Part shown: positions 10,233-21,308 of the stretch, one piece after another
Numbering within the stretch: the stretch's first letter is position 1
Layout: each line of letters begins with the position of its first letter
NCBI GenBank assembly: GCA_963745025.1
Contig: CAVUWD010000006.1
Span: forward strand, 448,001 to 512,000
Length of the DNA stretch: 64,000 nucleotides
Reading direction: 5' to 3'
Source: an uncultured delta proteobacterium
Lineage (GTDB): Bacteria; Desulfobacterota; Binatia; JACPRU01
Position numbers and translations under genes: made by a program
The notes under the pieces: generated by a model
Seen by the model: the letters and a program-made list of their open reading frames with translations, nothing else
The model's database searches: none
Told to the model about the DNA's origin: nothing

Positions 10233-12146
10233 TCAGTGCGCCTCGAGTGGCTTCAACACCAATCGCTTCTTGCCCGACGCCGCCGCCGTTTCCGCGATCG
10301 CCGCGAGCTTCTGAACAATCTCGCCCGCCAGATCGGTACCGATTCCAGGCACCGCGGCGATCTCCTCGACGCTCGCCGATGCCAGGCGCCGGACGCTGCC
10401 GAAATGCTGGAGGAGTCGCCGACGGCGTCGCGGCCCGATTCCAGGGACGTCGTCGAGCAGCGAGCGGAACCGCTCACGGCTGCGCAGCTCGCGATGAAAC
10501 GTGATCGCGAAGCGGTGCGCCTCGTCACGCACGCGTTGCAGGAGGAAGAGCGCCGTCGAGTTGCGCGGCAGCACCACCGGGTTCTTACGGTTCGGCAGGA
10601 ACACACGCTCTTCAGAGTGGCGGATTTCCGGATTTCGCGGGTCCGGCGCGACGCGGTCCTTGGCGAGCGAAACGAGGTCCAGCTCGGTGACGCCGAGCTC
10701 GGCGAGCACGGCGCTTGCCACGCCGAGCTGTCCCTTGCCGCCGTCGACGACGAGCAAGTCCGGGAAGTCGTTCTCGACGAGGGCCCGCGAGTAGCGGCGC
10801 TTCAGCACCTCGTAGAGGCTCGCGAAATCGTCCTGACCCGGTACGCTCTTCACCCGGTAACGGCGGTAGCGGCTCTTGTCCGGCTCCGCCTCGTCGAAGA
10901 CCACCATCGAGCCGACGATCTGCCGGCCCTGGAAGTTCGAGATGTCGAAGCACTCGATGCGCTTCGGAGCGCTACGCAGCGCGAGCCGCCGCCGGAGCTC
11001 CTCGACCATCCTCGAGCGCTGATCCTCGGTGTTGCGTCGCGCCACGAAGCTCTGGCGAGCGTTCTCGGCCGCCATCTCGCAGAGTCGGACCTTGTCGCCG
11101 CGCTGCGGGCGGAGAACCGCGACGCTCTTTCCCTTGAGCTCGGAGAGATAGCTCGCGCGCACCTCGGCGTCATCGAGAACGACCGGTAGGAGGACTTCGT
11201 CGGGGATGAAACGTCCCCCAGAGAAGTATTGGCCGAGCACCTCGCCGAGCACGTCCTCGTCGGGGAACTCCCGGTCGTCGAGACCGTAGGCTTGCGAGCC
11301 GGTGAGCTTGCCGCGCCGGATCGTCAGTACCTGCACCTCGATGAATCCGCCCTCGCGGTAGAGGCCGAAGACGTCCTGGTCGATGCCGAAGTGAGAGACC
11401 ATCTCTTGGGGCTCGGCGGTCTTCTCGAGCGCCCGGATCTGGTCGCGTAGACGCCCCGCTTCCTCGAACCGCAGCGCCTCGGAGGCCGCCTCCATGCGCG
11501 CGCGCAAGTCGTGAACGAGCTCGTCGTTCTTCCCCTCGAGGAACAGCATGACGTTCTTCAGAGCGCGGCGGTATTCGCCACGGTCGACCGCCAGGCAGCA
11601 GGGGCCGGGACAGCGCTTGATCTGATATTCCAGGCACGGACGACTGCGGTTGCGAAACACGGTGTCCGAGCAGGTGCGCAGGGGAAAGACCTTGCGGATC
11701 GCATCCAGGCTGTCGCGCACCGCCCAAGCGGAGTGAAACGGACCGAAGTAGCGGCTCTTGTCACGGAAGATTTTCCGCGTCACGAAGACGCGCGGCCACT
11801 CCTCCTCGACCGTGATCTTCACGCTGACGTACGACTTGTCGTCCTTGAGACGGATGTTGTAGCGGGGCTTGTACTGCTTGATCAGGTTGTTCTCGAGGAT
11901 CAGCGCTTCCTTCTCGTTGCGGGTGACGAGCGTCTCGACGTCCGCCACCCGCGAGACCAAGAAGGGCACCTGCATCCGCTCATCCCCGCCACGGAAGTAC
12001 ATGCGCACGCGGCTCCGCAGGCTCTTGGCTTTGCCCACGTAGATGACCTTGCGGCTCTTGTCGCGCAGCAAATAGACGCCGGGCTCGGCGGGAATGCGTG
12101 ACAGCCGGTCCTCGACGGCGCCGACCTCCGCCGTTTCGAGGCTCAC
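10233..12146 (-). CDS. uvrC: Excinuclease ABC subunit C
   Basis: GIY-YIG (PGVY..IYVGKAK), RIECFDISN, DGGKGQ, RDEAHRFAI, HhH. Confidence 0.98.
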   Translation of the reverse strand: MSLETAEVGAVEDRLSRIPAEPGVYLLRDKSRKVIYVGKAKSLRSRVRMYFRGGDERMQVPFLVSRVADVETLVTRNEKEALILENNLIKQYKPRYNIRLKDDKSYVSVKITVEEEWPRVFVTRKIFRDKSRYFGPFHSAWAVRDSLDAIRKVFPLRTCSDTVFRNRSRPCLEYQIKRCPGPCCLAVDRGEYRRALKNVMLFLEGKNDELVHDLRARMEAASEALRFEEAGRLRDQIRALEKTAEPQEMVSHFGIDQDVFGLYREGGFIEVQVLTIRRGKLTGSQAYGLDDREFPDEDVLGEVLGQYFSGGRFIPDEVLLPVVLDDAEVRASYLSELKGKSVAVLRPQRGDKVRLCEMAAENARQSFVARRNTEDQRSRMVEELRRRLALRSAPKRIECFDISNFQGRQIVGSMVVFDEAEPDKSRYRRYRVKSVPGQDDFASLYEVLKRRYSRALVENDFPDLLVVDGGKGQLGVASAVLAELGVTELDLVSLAKDRVAPDPRNPEIRHSEERVFLPNRKNPVVLPRNSTALFLLQRVRDEAHRFAITFHRELRSRERFRSLLDDVPGIGPRRRRRLLQHFGSVRRLASASVEEIAAVPGIGTDLAGEIVQKLAAIAETAAASGKKRLVLKPLEAH

Positions 12147-12200
12147 GACGGCGCCTCGGTTTCCGGAAGAACGCCCAGGCTACGGAGGACGCGGCTGGCC

Positions 12201-12316
12201 GCAACCGCGCGGAGCGCGGAAGGCAATACCCAACGCGCGGCTCGAACCGTTCCGCGCTTCGCGCGGTTGCGGGTGTTTGTGTTCGATCCGAGTACGGCTC
12301 GAACACAAACACCCGC
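12201..12316. repeat. Two adjacent inverted repeats (REP-like) between uvrB and uvrC
   Basis: GCAACCGCGCGGAGCGCGGAA..TTCCGCGCTTCGCGCGGTTGC and perfect GCGGGTGTTTGTGTTCGA..TCGAACACAAACACCCGC. Confidence 0.75.
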
Positions 12317-12369
12317 GTCGATCATTCTCGAACGGCTCTGGCGCGTTCTTGCAAAGACTGAGGCGTTGC

Positions 12370-14391
12370 TCACGATGCTCGTATTCCGTTGCGAAGCTCG
12401 AGCTCGCGCGCTTCGAGGTGTTGCAACCGATCCCGGAGCTCCGCCGCCCGCTCGAACTCCAGCTCCTGTGCCGCCGCGCGCATTTGCTTCCTCAGTGTGG
12501 CGACTGCTTTGGCAACGTCTTCCGCGGAGCGGTACTCCTCCTCTTCCTCCGCCACCACCGGCACCGTCACGTAGTCCGCCTCGCAGACATCGATCAGTGA
12601 CTCTTGGATCGCCTTGCGGACCGTCTGCGGCGTGATGCCGTGCTCGCGATTGTAGTCCTCCTGTAGCGCCCGGCGGCGATCGGTCTCGTCGATCGCGCTC
12701 CGCATGGAGTCGGTCACGGTGTCGGCATAGAGGATCACGGTCCCGTTGACGTTACGGGCGGCCCGGCCGATCGTCTGAATGAGCGAGCGCGCGGAGCGAA
12801 GAAAGCCTTCCTTGTCGGCGTCGAGCACCCCGACGAGCGACACCTCCGGGATGTCGAGGCCCTCGCGCAGCAGATTGATGCCGACGAGCACGTCGGCCAG
12901 CCCCTTGCGGAGATCGCGGATGATCTCCACGCGCTCGATCGTCTCTATGTCCGAATGGATGTAGCGCACCTTGACGCCGACGTCCTGATAGTAGTCGGTC
13001 AGATCCTCGGCCATCTTCTTGGTGAGCGTCGTCACCAGCACACGATCGCCGGCGGCGGCACGGGCGCGAATCTCGGCGAGCAAATCGTCGACCTGGTTGC
13101 GCGCCGCCCGCACCTCGACCCGCGGATCCATGAGCCCGGTCGGACGGATGATCTGCTCGATGACCCGCCCGTGCGCGCGCTCGATCTCGTAGTCGCTCGG
13201 CGTCGCCGACACGTAGATCGTCTGCCCCATCCGGCTCTCGAATTCGGCGAAGTTGAGGGGCCGGTTGTCGAGCGCGCTCGGCAGTCGGAAGCCGTATTCG
13301 ACGAGCGTCTCTTTGCGTGAGCGATCGCCGCGGTACATGCCGCCGATCTGCGGCACCGTCACGTGGCTCTCGTCGATGAACAACAGATGGTCGTCGGGAA
13401 AGTAGTCGAGCAGCGTGTGGGGAGGCTCGCCGGCTGCGCGCCCGTCGAGGTGGCGGCTGTAGTTCTCGATGCCGGGACAGAAGCCCATCTCCTCGAGCAG
13501 CTCGACGTCGTAGCGCGTGCGCTGCTCGAGCCGCTGCGCCTCGAGCAGTTTGGCGTCGCGCCGGAGCGCAACGAGGCGCTCGTCGAGCTCGGCGCGGATG
13601 CCGACGAGCGCGCGCTCGAGATCCTCTTTCGGCGTCACGTAGTGGCTGGCGGGATAGATCGCGACGCTCGGGATGCGGGTGAGGAGCTTCCCGCGCAGCG
13701 GATCGATCTCGGCGATCGACTCGACTTCGTCACCGAAGAATTCCACCCGCAACGCCCGCCCCTCTTCCGAAGCCGGATAGATCTCGACCACGTCGCCGCG
13801 CACGCGAAACGTGCCGCGGTGAAAGTCGTAGTCGCTGCGCGTGTACTGGATGTCGACCAGCCGGCGCAGCACCTGGTCGCGCTCGATCCGCTGCCCCTTC
13901 TCGAGGAAGACGAGCAGCTTCGCGTACGCGTCCGGCGAGCCGAGACCGTAGATGCACGAGACGCTCGCCACGATCAGCACGTCGCTCCTCGAAAGCAGCG
14001 CGGAGGTCGCGGCGTGGCGCATCTTGTCGATCTCGTCGTTGATCGAGGCATCCTTCTCGATGAAGGTGTCCGTCGACGGAACGTACGCCTCGGGCTGATA
14101 GTAGTCGTAGTAGCTGACGAAGTAGCGCACCGCGTTCTCGGGAAAGAGGCCGCGGAACTCGTGGTAGAGCTGCGCGGCGAGCGTCTTGTTGGGCGCGATC
14201 ACCAGCGTCGGCCGGTTCACGCGGGCCACGACGTTGGCCATCGAGAACGTCTTGCCCGACCCGGTGACCCCGAGCAGGACCTGGTAGCGCTCGGGCACCC
14301 CCAGCCCTTCACACAGGCGATCGATGGCGGCCGGCTGATCCCCTTGCGGCTCGAAGCCGGCCACGAGCTTGAAGCTCCGGCGTGCGCGCAT
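12370..14391 (-). CDS. uvrB: Excinuclease ABC subunit B
   Basis: [33 protein letters not shown]-terminal UVR coiled coil. Confidence 0.99.
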   Translation of the reverse strand: MRARRSFKLVAGFEPQGDQPAAIDRLCEGLGVPERYQVLLGVTGSGKTFSMANVVARVNRPTLVIAPNKTLAAQLYHEFRGLFPENAVRYFVSYYDYYQPEAYVPSTDTFIEKDASINDEIDKMRHAATSALLSRSDVLIVASVSCIYGLGSPDAYAKLLVFLEKGQRIERDQVLRRLVDIQYTRSDYDFHRGTFRVRGDVVEIYPASEEGRALRVEFFGDEVESIAEIDPLRGKLLTRIPSVAIYPASHYVTPKEDLERALVGIRAELDERLVALRRDAKLLEAQRLEQRTRYDVELLEEMGFCPGIENYSRHLDGRAAGEPPHTLLDYFPDDHLLFIDESHVTVPQIGGMYRGDRSRKETLVEYGFRLPSALDNRPLNFAEFESRMGQTIYVSATPSDYEIERAHGRVIEQIIRPTGLMDPRVEVRAARNQVDDLLAEIRARAAAGDRVLVTTLTKKMAEDLTDYYQDVGVKVRYIHSDIETIERVEIIRDLRKGLADVLVGINLLREGLDIPEVSLVGVLDADKEGFLRSARSLIQTIGRAARNVNGTVILYADTVTDSMRSAIDETDRRRALQEDYNREHGITPQTVRKAIQESLIDVCEADYVTVPVVAEEEEEYRSAEDVAKAVATLRKQMRAAAQELEFERAAELRDRLQHLEARELELRNGIRAS

Positions 14392-14592
14392 CTCCCGACC
14401 GCTACCTATAGCAGGAATACCGCGTGATTGAATTGGCGCCGCGCTGTGGCGGAATGCCCTCCCGAAGGTGGCTCCTGGGTAAACGAGGAATCTCGACAGT
14501 CGTCACCCGCGGCGAGCCCCAAGAGGTCGAGTTCGACGCCAAGGAGGTCGGCATCTTCCCGATCAAATGCCCGCTGAAGCCCGAAGCCTCTC

Positions 14593-14895
14593 TCAGTCGT
14601 CGCCGACGAGCCCCATCCCGCGATACTCATCGTGCTTCTTGCGGAAGCGGTCCTGGTCGCTACGCGGAAGCTTCTTCCACTTCTCGTAGTGCTGATCGAT
14701 GTCGCGCCGCTTCTGGGGCGGCAGATCCATGTAGTGCTGGTAGTTCTTCAGCGCGCGATCTCGCTGTCCAGCGCTCAGATCGTCCCAGCTCTCGGCGAGC
14801 TGTAGCCGGTCCACGGTCGAAGCGTGAACGTCCCGTGGCACCGTGGCGGGGCCCTGGAGCGCGAAAGCGAGCACAGCTGCGGCTAGCGACGGCAT
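14593..14895 (-). CDS. DUF3106-like exported protein
   Basis: WDDLSAGQRDRAL..LPPQKR..WKKLP helical repeats; follows anti-sigma. Confidence 0.7.
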   Translation of the reverse strand: MPSLAAAVLAFALQGPATVPRDVHASTVDRLQLAESWDDLSAGQRDRALKNYQHYMDLPPQKRRDIDQHYEKWKKLPRSDQDRFRKKHDEYRGMGLVGDD

Positions 14896-14901
14896 CGATC
14901 G

Positions 14902-15489
14902 TCAGCCCGCGTGGCTTGCGGCGTCTCCGGTCCCGGACTCTAGGATGTCGAGATCGCGGATCACCGAATAGTCGACGAAAAGCTCGGGGCGCTGGAGCAC
15001 GTCGGAGGGAGGATTGCTCGCAGTCAGCTTGTTCTTCTCGGTCGGATTGCTCGCGATCTTGGGGCTATCGGCAACCGGCTTCTTGGCGACCCCGCCCGTC
15101 AGGTTGGGGATTCTCGGTATCGGGGTATCGGACGACCGCGGGGAGAAGTTGAGCGCGCCGAGCATGATGATCACGAGCATCGCCGTCGCCGCGAGCCCGA
15201 CCACCCACGGCTGAAGTAGCCAGCCCGCCCAGCCACCGGAGATGGCCTCCCCCTCGGCCGCCGCCTCCGCGGCGAGGCGATTGGCGAACATCGAGGCGAA
15301 GCCCGGTGACGGGGTGATCGTCGGAAGCGCGTCCTTCAGAAGCTTGTCCAGGCGCTGGATCTGTACCAGTTCATCCCGGCAAGCGGCGCACGCCTGAAGG
15401 TGAGCCCTCACAGGAGCGGCTGCCTTGGGATCGAGCTTTCCGCTCACATAGCCCGGAAGCTCGATCGATATTGCTTCACATTCCTTCAT
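14902..15489 (-). CDS. Zinc-finger (HxxxCxxC) anti-sigma factor
   Basis: HLQACAAC motif, one TM helix. Confidence 0.88.
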   Translation of the reverse strand: MKECEAISIELPGYVSGKLDPKAAAPVRAHLQACAACRDELVQIQRLDKLLKDALPTITPSPGFASMFANRLAAEAAAEGEAISGGWAGWLLQPWVVGLAATAMLVIIMLGALNFSPRSSDTPIPRIPNLTGGVAKKPVADSPKIASNPTEKNKLTASNPPSDVLQRPELFVDYSVIRDLDILESGTGDAASHAG

Positions 15490-15509
15490 GCGAATATTCT
15501 CTCGCCGCC

Positions 15510-16133
15510 CTAGCGAAGTAAGTCAGCAAGGTGCTCGCGGAGGGTCTGGGTCGCTCGGAAGATAAGGCTTTTTACAGAACTTTCGGTAGTTTCCAGGCAC
15601 TCCGCCACCTCTTGATACGATAAACCCTCGACTCTGCTCAAAAGTAGCGCCGATTTCTGATTCGGTGGCAGCTTATCCAACACCTTTTTTATTTTAGCGC
15701 CGGTCTCGATCCCAGCCAACAGCTCCTCCACCTCGGGAAGGCTCGTATCGGCTAGCTCGCGCGTGCCTTCCTCACCATTCTCCAGCGGTCTACCCTCCAG
15801 GGGCTCGGTCTTGCCCTGGTAGTCGAACCGCCGCAGCTCGTTCAGGCACAGATTTGTGACCACCCGGTACAGGTAGGTGGTGAAGCGCGCCTTGGCCTGG
15901 TAGCGAGCCCGAGCCCGATAGATCTGCAAGAACGCGTCCTGGGCCAGCTCTTCGGCGCGGGGGCGGCTATTGACGAAACGGTAGGCGAAGTTGACCACGG
16001 CCTCGCTGTGCTTGGCGAAGAGCTCGCGGAAGGCGACCGTATCGCCGTCGCGCACCCGCTGCATGAGGTCAACGTCGGGGTCGCTGAGCCAACCCGGCTC
16101 GGAGGTTTCTTGAGCAGGTTGTGCGGACTTCAC
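15510..16133 (-). CDS. ECF sigma-70 factor
   Basis: AEELAQDAFL, FTTYLYRVVTNLCLN, EGLSYQEVAECL..VKSLIFRA. Confidence 0.93.
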   Translation of the reverse strand: MKSAQPAQETSEPGWLSDPDVDLMQRVRDGDTVAFRELFAKHSEAVVNFAYRFVNSRPRAEELAQDAFLQIYRARARYQAKARFTTYLYRVVTNLCLNELRRFDYQGKTEPLEGRPLENGEEGTRELADTSLPEVEELLAGIETGAKIKKVLDKLPPNQKSALLLSRVEGLSYQEVAECLETTESSVKSLIFRATQTLREHLADLLR

Positions 16134-16203
16134 GGATTTCGGGAAGTTGACTACCGGCTACCTCGAGACATCGTGGAAATCTCTACGCCGGTGACCAGGA
16201 TAG

Positions 16204-18555
16204 TTAGCGGCCGTGGAACATGCGTTCAAACCAGCTGAGCACTCTTTCTCGCGGCCTGGACTTTGCGTCGATACGCTGCCCGTCGCAGGTCACCATCGGC
16301 TCGGTCCCGATGAGGAACGCCTCGTGGACCGATTCGGGACAAGACGAGCTCGTCAGCATTCCACTATGCCGATCGACGTCACGGAAAACCACCCCCTGAG
16401 GGATCTCGAAGGGCCGGTTCTCATGCGCCCGCAGCGCCTCGCGCATGAAGGCGACCCAGACGGGGAGAGCCGCCTTCGCGCCGGTCAGACCGACCGGCGT
16501 GCCGTCGTCGAAGCCGACCCAGACGCCAGCGATCACATCCGTCGAATAGCCGATGAACCACGCGTCCTTCGCTTCGTTGGTGGTCCCGGTCTTGCCGGCC
16601 ACGGCTTGCGTGATGCCGAGCCGGCGCACGGCGGCACCGGTCCCCTCTTCGACGACCCCCTCGAGGAGATGGCTCGTGACGTAAGCCGCGGCAGCCGTGG
16701 CGACGCGCTTGGCGCGCAGCCGATCCTTGTAGAGAACGTCGCCGCCTCCCGAAATCACCCCGCGAATCAGCGCCGGCCGGACGACCGAGCCGAGATTCGG
16801 GAAGATCGTGTAGGCGCCCACCAGATCGATCAGCGAGACCTCGATCGAGCCGAGCGCGACGGCGGGGAACTCTGGGATCTCACCGAGGCCAGCCGATCGA
16901 GCGAGCTCCGTGACCCGGCGGAGGCCGACCCGCTGCGCGAGCTCGACGGTCGGAACGTTCCGCGAGTCCTCGATCGCGCCGCGCACGGTGACTTCGCCGA
17001 CGTAACGCCCGTCGTAGTTCTCCGGGCTCCACTGGTCGGCGCCGACGCGGATTTGAATCGGCTCGTCGCGGAGCACGGTCGCGGGCGTGACGGTATCTTC
17101 GGGATCGTCGAGAGCCGCGAGATAGACGAACGGCTTGAATGCCGAGCCGGGCTGGCGCTTGGAGCGGGTCACGCGATTGAACTGGCTGCGGGCGAAGTCG
17201 CGCCCCCCGGCCAGACCGCGAACGTAGGCCGTGCCGGTCTCCACGACGACGATGGCTCCCTCGAGCGGCTCGTCCGTCGCACGGGTGAGACGCGGGTAGG
17301 TGCGTTCGAGATTGTCGAGCCCGCCCGACAGAGCACGCTCCGCGAGGTGCTGAACTTCCAGATCCAGGGTCGTGTAGACGGAGAGGCCGCGCACGACGTC
17401 GGTGTCGTATCCCATGCGCGCGATGCGGCGCAGCACCTCGTCGACGAAGAACGGCGCCTCGAGGGGCTGGTTGAACCGCTTCTGCAAGCGAAGCGGCTCG
17501 CGCCGCGCGCGTTCGAGCTCCTCCTTGGTGAGCCACGCGTTCTGGGCCATCAAGTCGAGCACCTGATCCCGCCGGATCCGCGCGCGATCGGGATGGCGCA
17601 GCGGCGAATCGATATTGGGAGAGTGGATCAAACCCGCGATCGTCGCCGCCTCGGCGACCGTCAGATCACGCACCTCCTTGCCGAAGAACGCGCGCGCGCC
17701 CGGGCCGACGCCGAAGATACCGATCGATTCGGACTGGCCAAGATAGACGTTGTTCAGGTAGGCCTCGAGAATCTCTCGCTTGGTCATGCGCGCCTCGAGG
17801 ATCAGCGCGAGCACCGCCTCGTTGGCCTTGCGAGTGAGCGTGCGCTCCGACGACAGGAAGAGGTTCTTGGCCAGCTGCTGGGTGATCGTGCTGCCACCCT
17901 GACGGACGCCGCCGCCGCGGAAGTTGACCCAGACCGCGCGCAAGAGTCCGATCGGATCGACGCCGGGATGTATCGCGAAGCGCGCATCTTCGGCCGCGAG
18001 AACGGCAGAGACCACGTGACGGGGGAAGTCCTCGAGGGGGAGCACGCGTCGCTCTCCGAGCACGCCGCCGGAGTAAGTGCCGAGCAGTTCTGGCTCGACG
18101 GCTGCCCGTCCGATTTCGCCGCCGTTCAGACTGCGAATCGCCTGGATCACATCCCCCGAAAGCTCGAGCCGCACGGCTTGCTCCGCGTGCTCGCCGTCGG
18201 GATCGACGAAGCCGCGAAGAGCGATGTCGATTCGATCCCGGCCGGCACGGAATGTCCCGGGCTGGCGGGGTACACCGGAGGCGTCCTCGTAGCCGAGACG
18301 GCGCAGGCGCTCGAGGAGGTGCGATCCCTCGACGTTGATTCCGGGACGTAGGACGGTCGAATCCGCGTAGATGCGAATCGGTCCGGGCGCCCGGCCGGCG
18401 AGAAACTCTTCGACCTGACTGTAGAGTCGCCAGAACAGCAGCAGCCCTGCGATCACGCACAAGCCCGTAGCCGCGAGGAGCGCGCGCTTCCACCGTGCCT
18501 TGGGAAGCCATCTCCGCGCCGAGCGCCGAGAGCGCGGCTGCTTACGGTTCGCCAT
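16204..18555 (-). CDS. mrcB: Class A penicillin-binding protein (PBP1b-like)
   Basis: UB2H-like region, AEDARF, GGSTITQQLAKN, SAFK, SRN, KTG motifs. Confidence 0.88.
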   Translation of the reverse strand: MANRKQPRSRRSARRWLPKARWKRALLAATGLCVIAGLLLFWRLYSQVEEFLAGRAPGPIRIYADSTVLRPGINVEGSHLLERLRRLGYEDASGVPRQPGTFRAGRDRIDIALRGFVDPDGEHAEQAVRLELSGDVIQAIRSLNGGEIGRAAVEPELLGTYSGGVLGERRVLPLEDFPRHVVSAVLAAEDARFAIHPGVDPIGLLRAVWVNFRGGGVRQGGSTITQQLAKNLFLSSERTLTRKANEAVLALILEARMTKREILEAYLNNVYLGQSESIGIFGVGPGARAFFGKEVRDLTVAEAATIAGLIHSPNIDSPLRHPDRARIRRDQVLDLMAQNAWLTKEELERARREPLRLQKRFNQPLEAPFFVDEVLRRIARMGYDTDVVRGLSVYTTLDLEVQHLAERALSGGLDNLERTYPRLTRATDEPLEGAIVVVETGTAYVRGLAGGRDFARSQFNRVTRSKRQPGSAFKPFVYLAALDDPEDTVTPATVLRDEPIQIRVGADQWSPENYDGRYVGEVTVRGAIEDSRNVPTVELAQRVGLRRVTELARSAGLGEIPEFPAVALGSIEVSLIDLVGAYTIFPNLGSVVRPALIRGVISGGGDVLYKDRLRAKRVATAAAAYVTSHLLEGVVEEGTGAAVRRLGITQAVAGKTGTTNEAKDAWFIGYSTDVIAGVWVGFDDGTPVGLTGAKAALPVWVAFMREALRAHENRPFEIPQGVVFRDVDRHSGMLTSSSCPESVHEAFLIGTEPMVTCDGQRIDAKSRPRERVLSWFERMFHGR

Positions 18556-18594
18556 CTGGGCGAGGAATTGAACCCCAGAAGGCCGGAAACGTCG

Positions 18595-19332
18595 TCAACG
18601 TCCCCCGACCTCTTCGAGGGTCTGGCGGAATTGTGCCGTGTGATCGAGAAGCTGCCCGTAGCGTTCGGCCGTCAGTCTGCCTCGCACCAGCTCGACGCGC
18701 AGGAAGAGGTAGTAGGTCTGGATCACGTCGCGCCGGCAATATTCGTGGATCTCCGCCAGGCGGCCCCCATCCCAAAGCTCCTGCACCTGCGAGCCGTCGA
18801 TCTTCCCTTTGCCCGGCAGACCGATCGTTCTGAGCAGCAGGTCGAATCCACCCCGCACCCGGTAGGCGCCGAAGTTGGTGATGAACTCGTAGAGATCGAG
18901 ATGCTTGCCGACCTGGTAACGGCGCCGGTAGAGGGAATCCTCCCCGAAGTAGCTCGGCACCGCGCAGCCGTAGCGGAGCGCCTGCAGCTCGAGCACCGGG
19001 AAATCGAACTGCCGACCGTTGAAGGATACGAGGCAACCGCGGAATTTCTCCACACGCTCCCAGAACTCTCGGACCAGTTGCTCCTCGCTGTACTCGCGCT
19101 CGGCGAGGCTTTCGACGGATTGCAGAAGATAGTCCGAAGAGACCGAGCCGACCGCGATCGAGACCGGAACGTGAAACGACAGCGGGAAGAAATCGCTTCC
19201 GCGTTCTTCCACGAGCTCGCGCCGAAGCGTTTCGAAGGCCGCTTCATCGGAGAGACCGCGGCCGCGGAACTGGGTTTCGTTCACCAGTCGCTTGTCGATG
19301 CGCGTCTCGATGTCGAAGATTGCGAACGGCAA
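18595..19332 (-). CDS. PolB-type 3'-5' exonuclease-like protein
   Basis: FDIET, VSFNGRQFDFP, YCRRDV. Confidence 0.85.
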   Translation of the reverse strand: MPFAIFDIETRIDKRLVNETQFRGRGLSDEAAFETLRRELVEERGSDFFPLSFHVPVSIAVGSVSSDYLLQSVESLAEREYSEEQLVREFWERVEKFRGCLVSFNGRQFDFPVLELQALRYGCAVPSYFGEDSLYRRRYQVGKHLDLYEFITNFGAYRVRGGFDLLLRTIGLPGKGKIDGSQVQELWDGGRLAEIHEYCRRDVIQTYYLFLRVELVRGRLTAERYGQLLDHTAQFRQTLEEVGGR

Positions 19333-19366
19333 TCGGTGAGCCTCCGTCAGGGCGTAAGAGACTGCG

Positions 19367-19939
19367 TCACAGATCGCTCCCGTCGGTCGCGATCCCGGCT
19401 CCGGCCGCGCCGCCTACCGAGCTAGCGCCCTCTCCTCCAGCGGTGGGCGCTTGTCCCTCCTTCGCAGGCGGGGGCGGCTGCTCGGCCGCGGGGGCCTCGG
19501 CGGTCACCGTGTCGCGACCGTCGAACGGCGGTGAGAACGTCATGAACGTGGCGGCCGCATCCTTGCCGCCGTTGCGGAAGAAGTGGCGAACGCCGCGGCG
19601 AATTTGCACCACGTCGCCCGGCCGCATCGCGAACCGCTTGCCCTCCAGGTCCATGACGCCCTCACCGCGCAGCACGACCACCGTGAGGTCGTGGAAGCGA
19701 TGATATTGCGGCGTCTCCGCCTCGCGGACGACCGCGAGGTGATGGCTCACCCAGGCGGTTCGCCCGAGCTCGATGACCGCGACCGGGCCCGGGCCCGCTT
19801 GCTGAACGAGCGAGTTCAGGTCCGTCGTCTCTAGGCCCTTCTCATAACGGAGGATCAACCGCGGATTCGGCCTCTCGGCGCCGCATCCGGCCACGATCGC
19901 CAGCGCGGCGAGGACGAGTGAGATCCGGTTTTTCAGCAT
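19367..19939 (-). CDS. Cupin-domain lipoprotein
   Basis: Lipobox VAGC; HRFHD..., PGDVVQIRRGVRH. Confidence 0.8.
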   Translation of the reverse strand: MLKNRISLVLAALAIVAGCGAERPNPRLILRYEKGLETTDLNSLVQQAGPGPVAVIELGRTAWVSHHLAVVREAETPQYHRFHDLTVVVLRGEGVMDLEGKRFAMRPGDVVQIRRGVRHFFRNGGKDAAATFMTFSPPFDGRDTVTAEAPAAEQPPPPAKEGQAPTAGGEGASSVGGAAGAGIATDGSDL

Positions 19940-20023
19940 CCTCCCTTGCCCCTGGTTTTCGCGGGTGCTACCGGAATTGCTCTTAGCAAAGAGCCGACCC
20001 CCTTACCATTTGAGGAGAACTTC

Positions 20024-21211
20024 ATGCGTGAAGCAGTAATCGTCGCCAGCTCCCGCACGCCCATGGCCAAGTCGTTCCGGGGCTCCTTCAACCTGACCCG
20101 ACCCGACGATCTCGCGGCGATGTGCGTCAAGGACCTCTTGAAGAAGGTTCCTCAGCTCGACGCCGCCGAGGTCGAAGACGTGATTCTCGGCTGCGCGTTC
20201 CCGGAGGGACCGCAGGGCTTCAACATGGCGCGAAACGCCGCGATGCTGGCCGGGTTGCCGGTGACCGCGGCGGGCACGACGATCAACCGGTTCTGCTCGT
20301 CGGGTCTGCAGGCGATCGCGTTCGGCGCGCACCAGATCATGAACGAGGGCACCGACGTCGTCATGGCGGGCGGCTCCGAATCGATCACCATGCTGCAGAA
20401 CGACTGGAACAAGAAAGACGTCTTCAATCCCTGGCTGATGGAGAATCTGCGCGCGATCTACATGCCGATGGGCATCACCGCCGAGGTGGTCGCGGAGCGC
20501 TACAAGATCAGCCGCGAAGAGCAGGACAAGTACGCCCTGCTCTCCCAGCAACGCACGGCGGCCGGCCAGAAGGCGGGGAAGTTCGATGACGAGATCTTCC
20601 CGGTGACGACCACATACCTCGTCAAGGACAAGGCGACTGGACAGGAATCGAAGAAGGAAGCCACGGTCAAGATCGACGAGTGCAACCGGCCCGACACGAC
20701 GCTCGAGGGCCTCGCCAAGCTGCCGCCCGCGTTCACGCCCGAGGGAGGCACGGTCACTGCCGGCAACGCATCGCAGTTCTCGGATGGCGCATCGGTGACG
20801 CTGCTGATGTCGGCCGACAAAGCGAAGGCGCTCGGCGTCAAGCCGCTCGGCGTGTTCCGCGGCTTCCAGATCGCCGGCTGCCAGCCCGACGAGATGGGCA
20901 TCGGACCGGTGTTCGCCGTACCGAAGCTCCTCAAGCGCACCGGCAAAAATCTCAGCGACATCGACGTCATCGAGCTGAACGAGGCCTTCGCCTCGCAGGT
21001 TGTCTATTGCCGCGACAAGCTCGGCCTCGATCCCGCAAAGCTCAATCCGAACGGCGGCTCGATCTCGATCGGCCATCCGTACGGCATGACGGGTTCGCGC
21101 TGCACCGGGACGATTCTCAACGAGCTACGACGCACCAAGAAGCGCTACGGGATCGTCACCATGTGCATCGGCGGCGGCATGGGCGCTGCGGGGCTCTTCG
21201 AGGCGGCGTAG
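20024..21211 (+). CDS. Acetyl-CoA C-acyltransferase (thiolase)
   Basis: NRFCSSG, NEAFA, GHPYG, CIGGGMG. Confidence 0.96.
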   Translation: MREAVIVASSRTPMAKSFRGSFNLTRPDDLAAMCVKDLLKKVPQLDAAEVEDVILGCAFPEGPQGFNMARNAAMLAGLPVTAAGTTINRFCSSGLQAIAFGAHQIMNEGTDVVMAGGSESITMLQNDWNKKDVFNPWLMENLRAIYMPMGITAEVVAERYKISREEQDKYALLSQQRTAAGQKAGKFDDEIFPVTTTYLVKDKATGQESKKEATVKIDECNRPDTTLEGLAKLPPAFTPEGGTVTAGNASQFSDGASVTLLMSADKAKALGVKPLGVFRGFQIAGCQPDEMGIGPVFAVPKLLKRTGKNLSDIDVIELNEAFASQVVYCRDKLGLDPAKLNPNGGSISIGHPYGMTGSRCTGTILNELRRTKKRYGIVTMCIGGGMGAAGLFEAA

Positions 21212-21308
21212 ACGTCGATTCACTTCGCCGCTCTGAGCGTTCGGCCGGAGCCGCTATGCTCGCAGGGCGGAGGAGCCGTCCACGATACGTCCGTCGCTTC
21301 AAGATGGC

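Noticed and set aside
14489-14582. Cupredoxin-like peptide EVEFDAKEVGIFPIKCPL
   Set aside because: About 30 codons, no start or His ligands; at most a remnant
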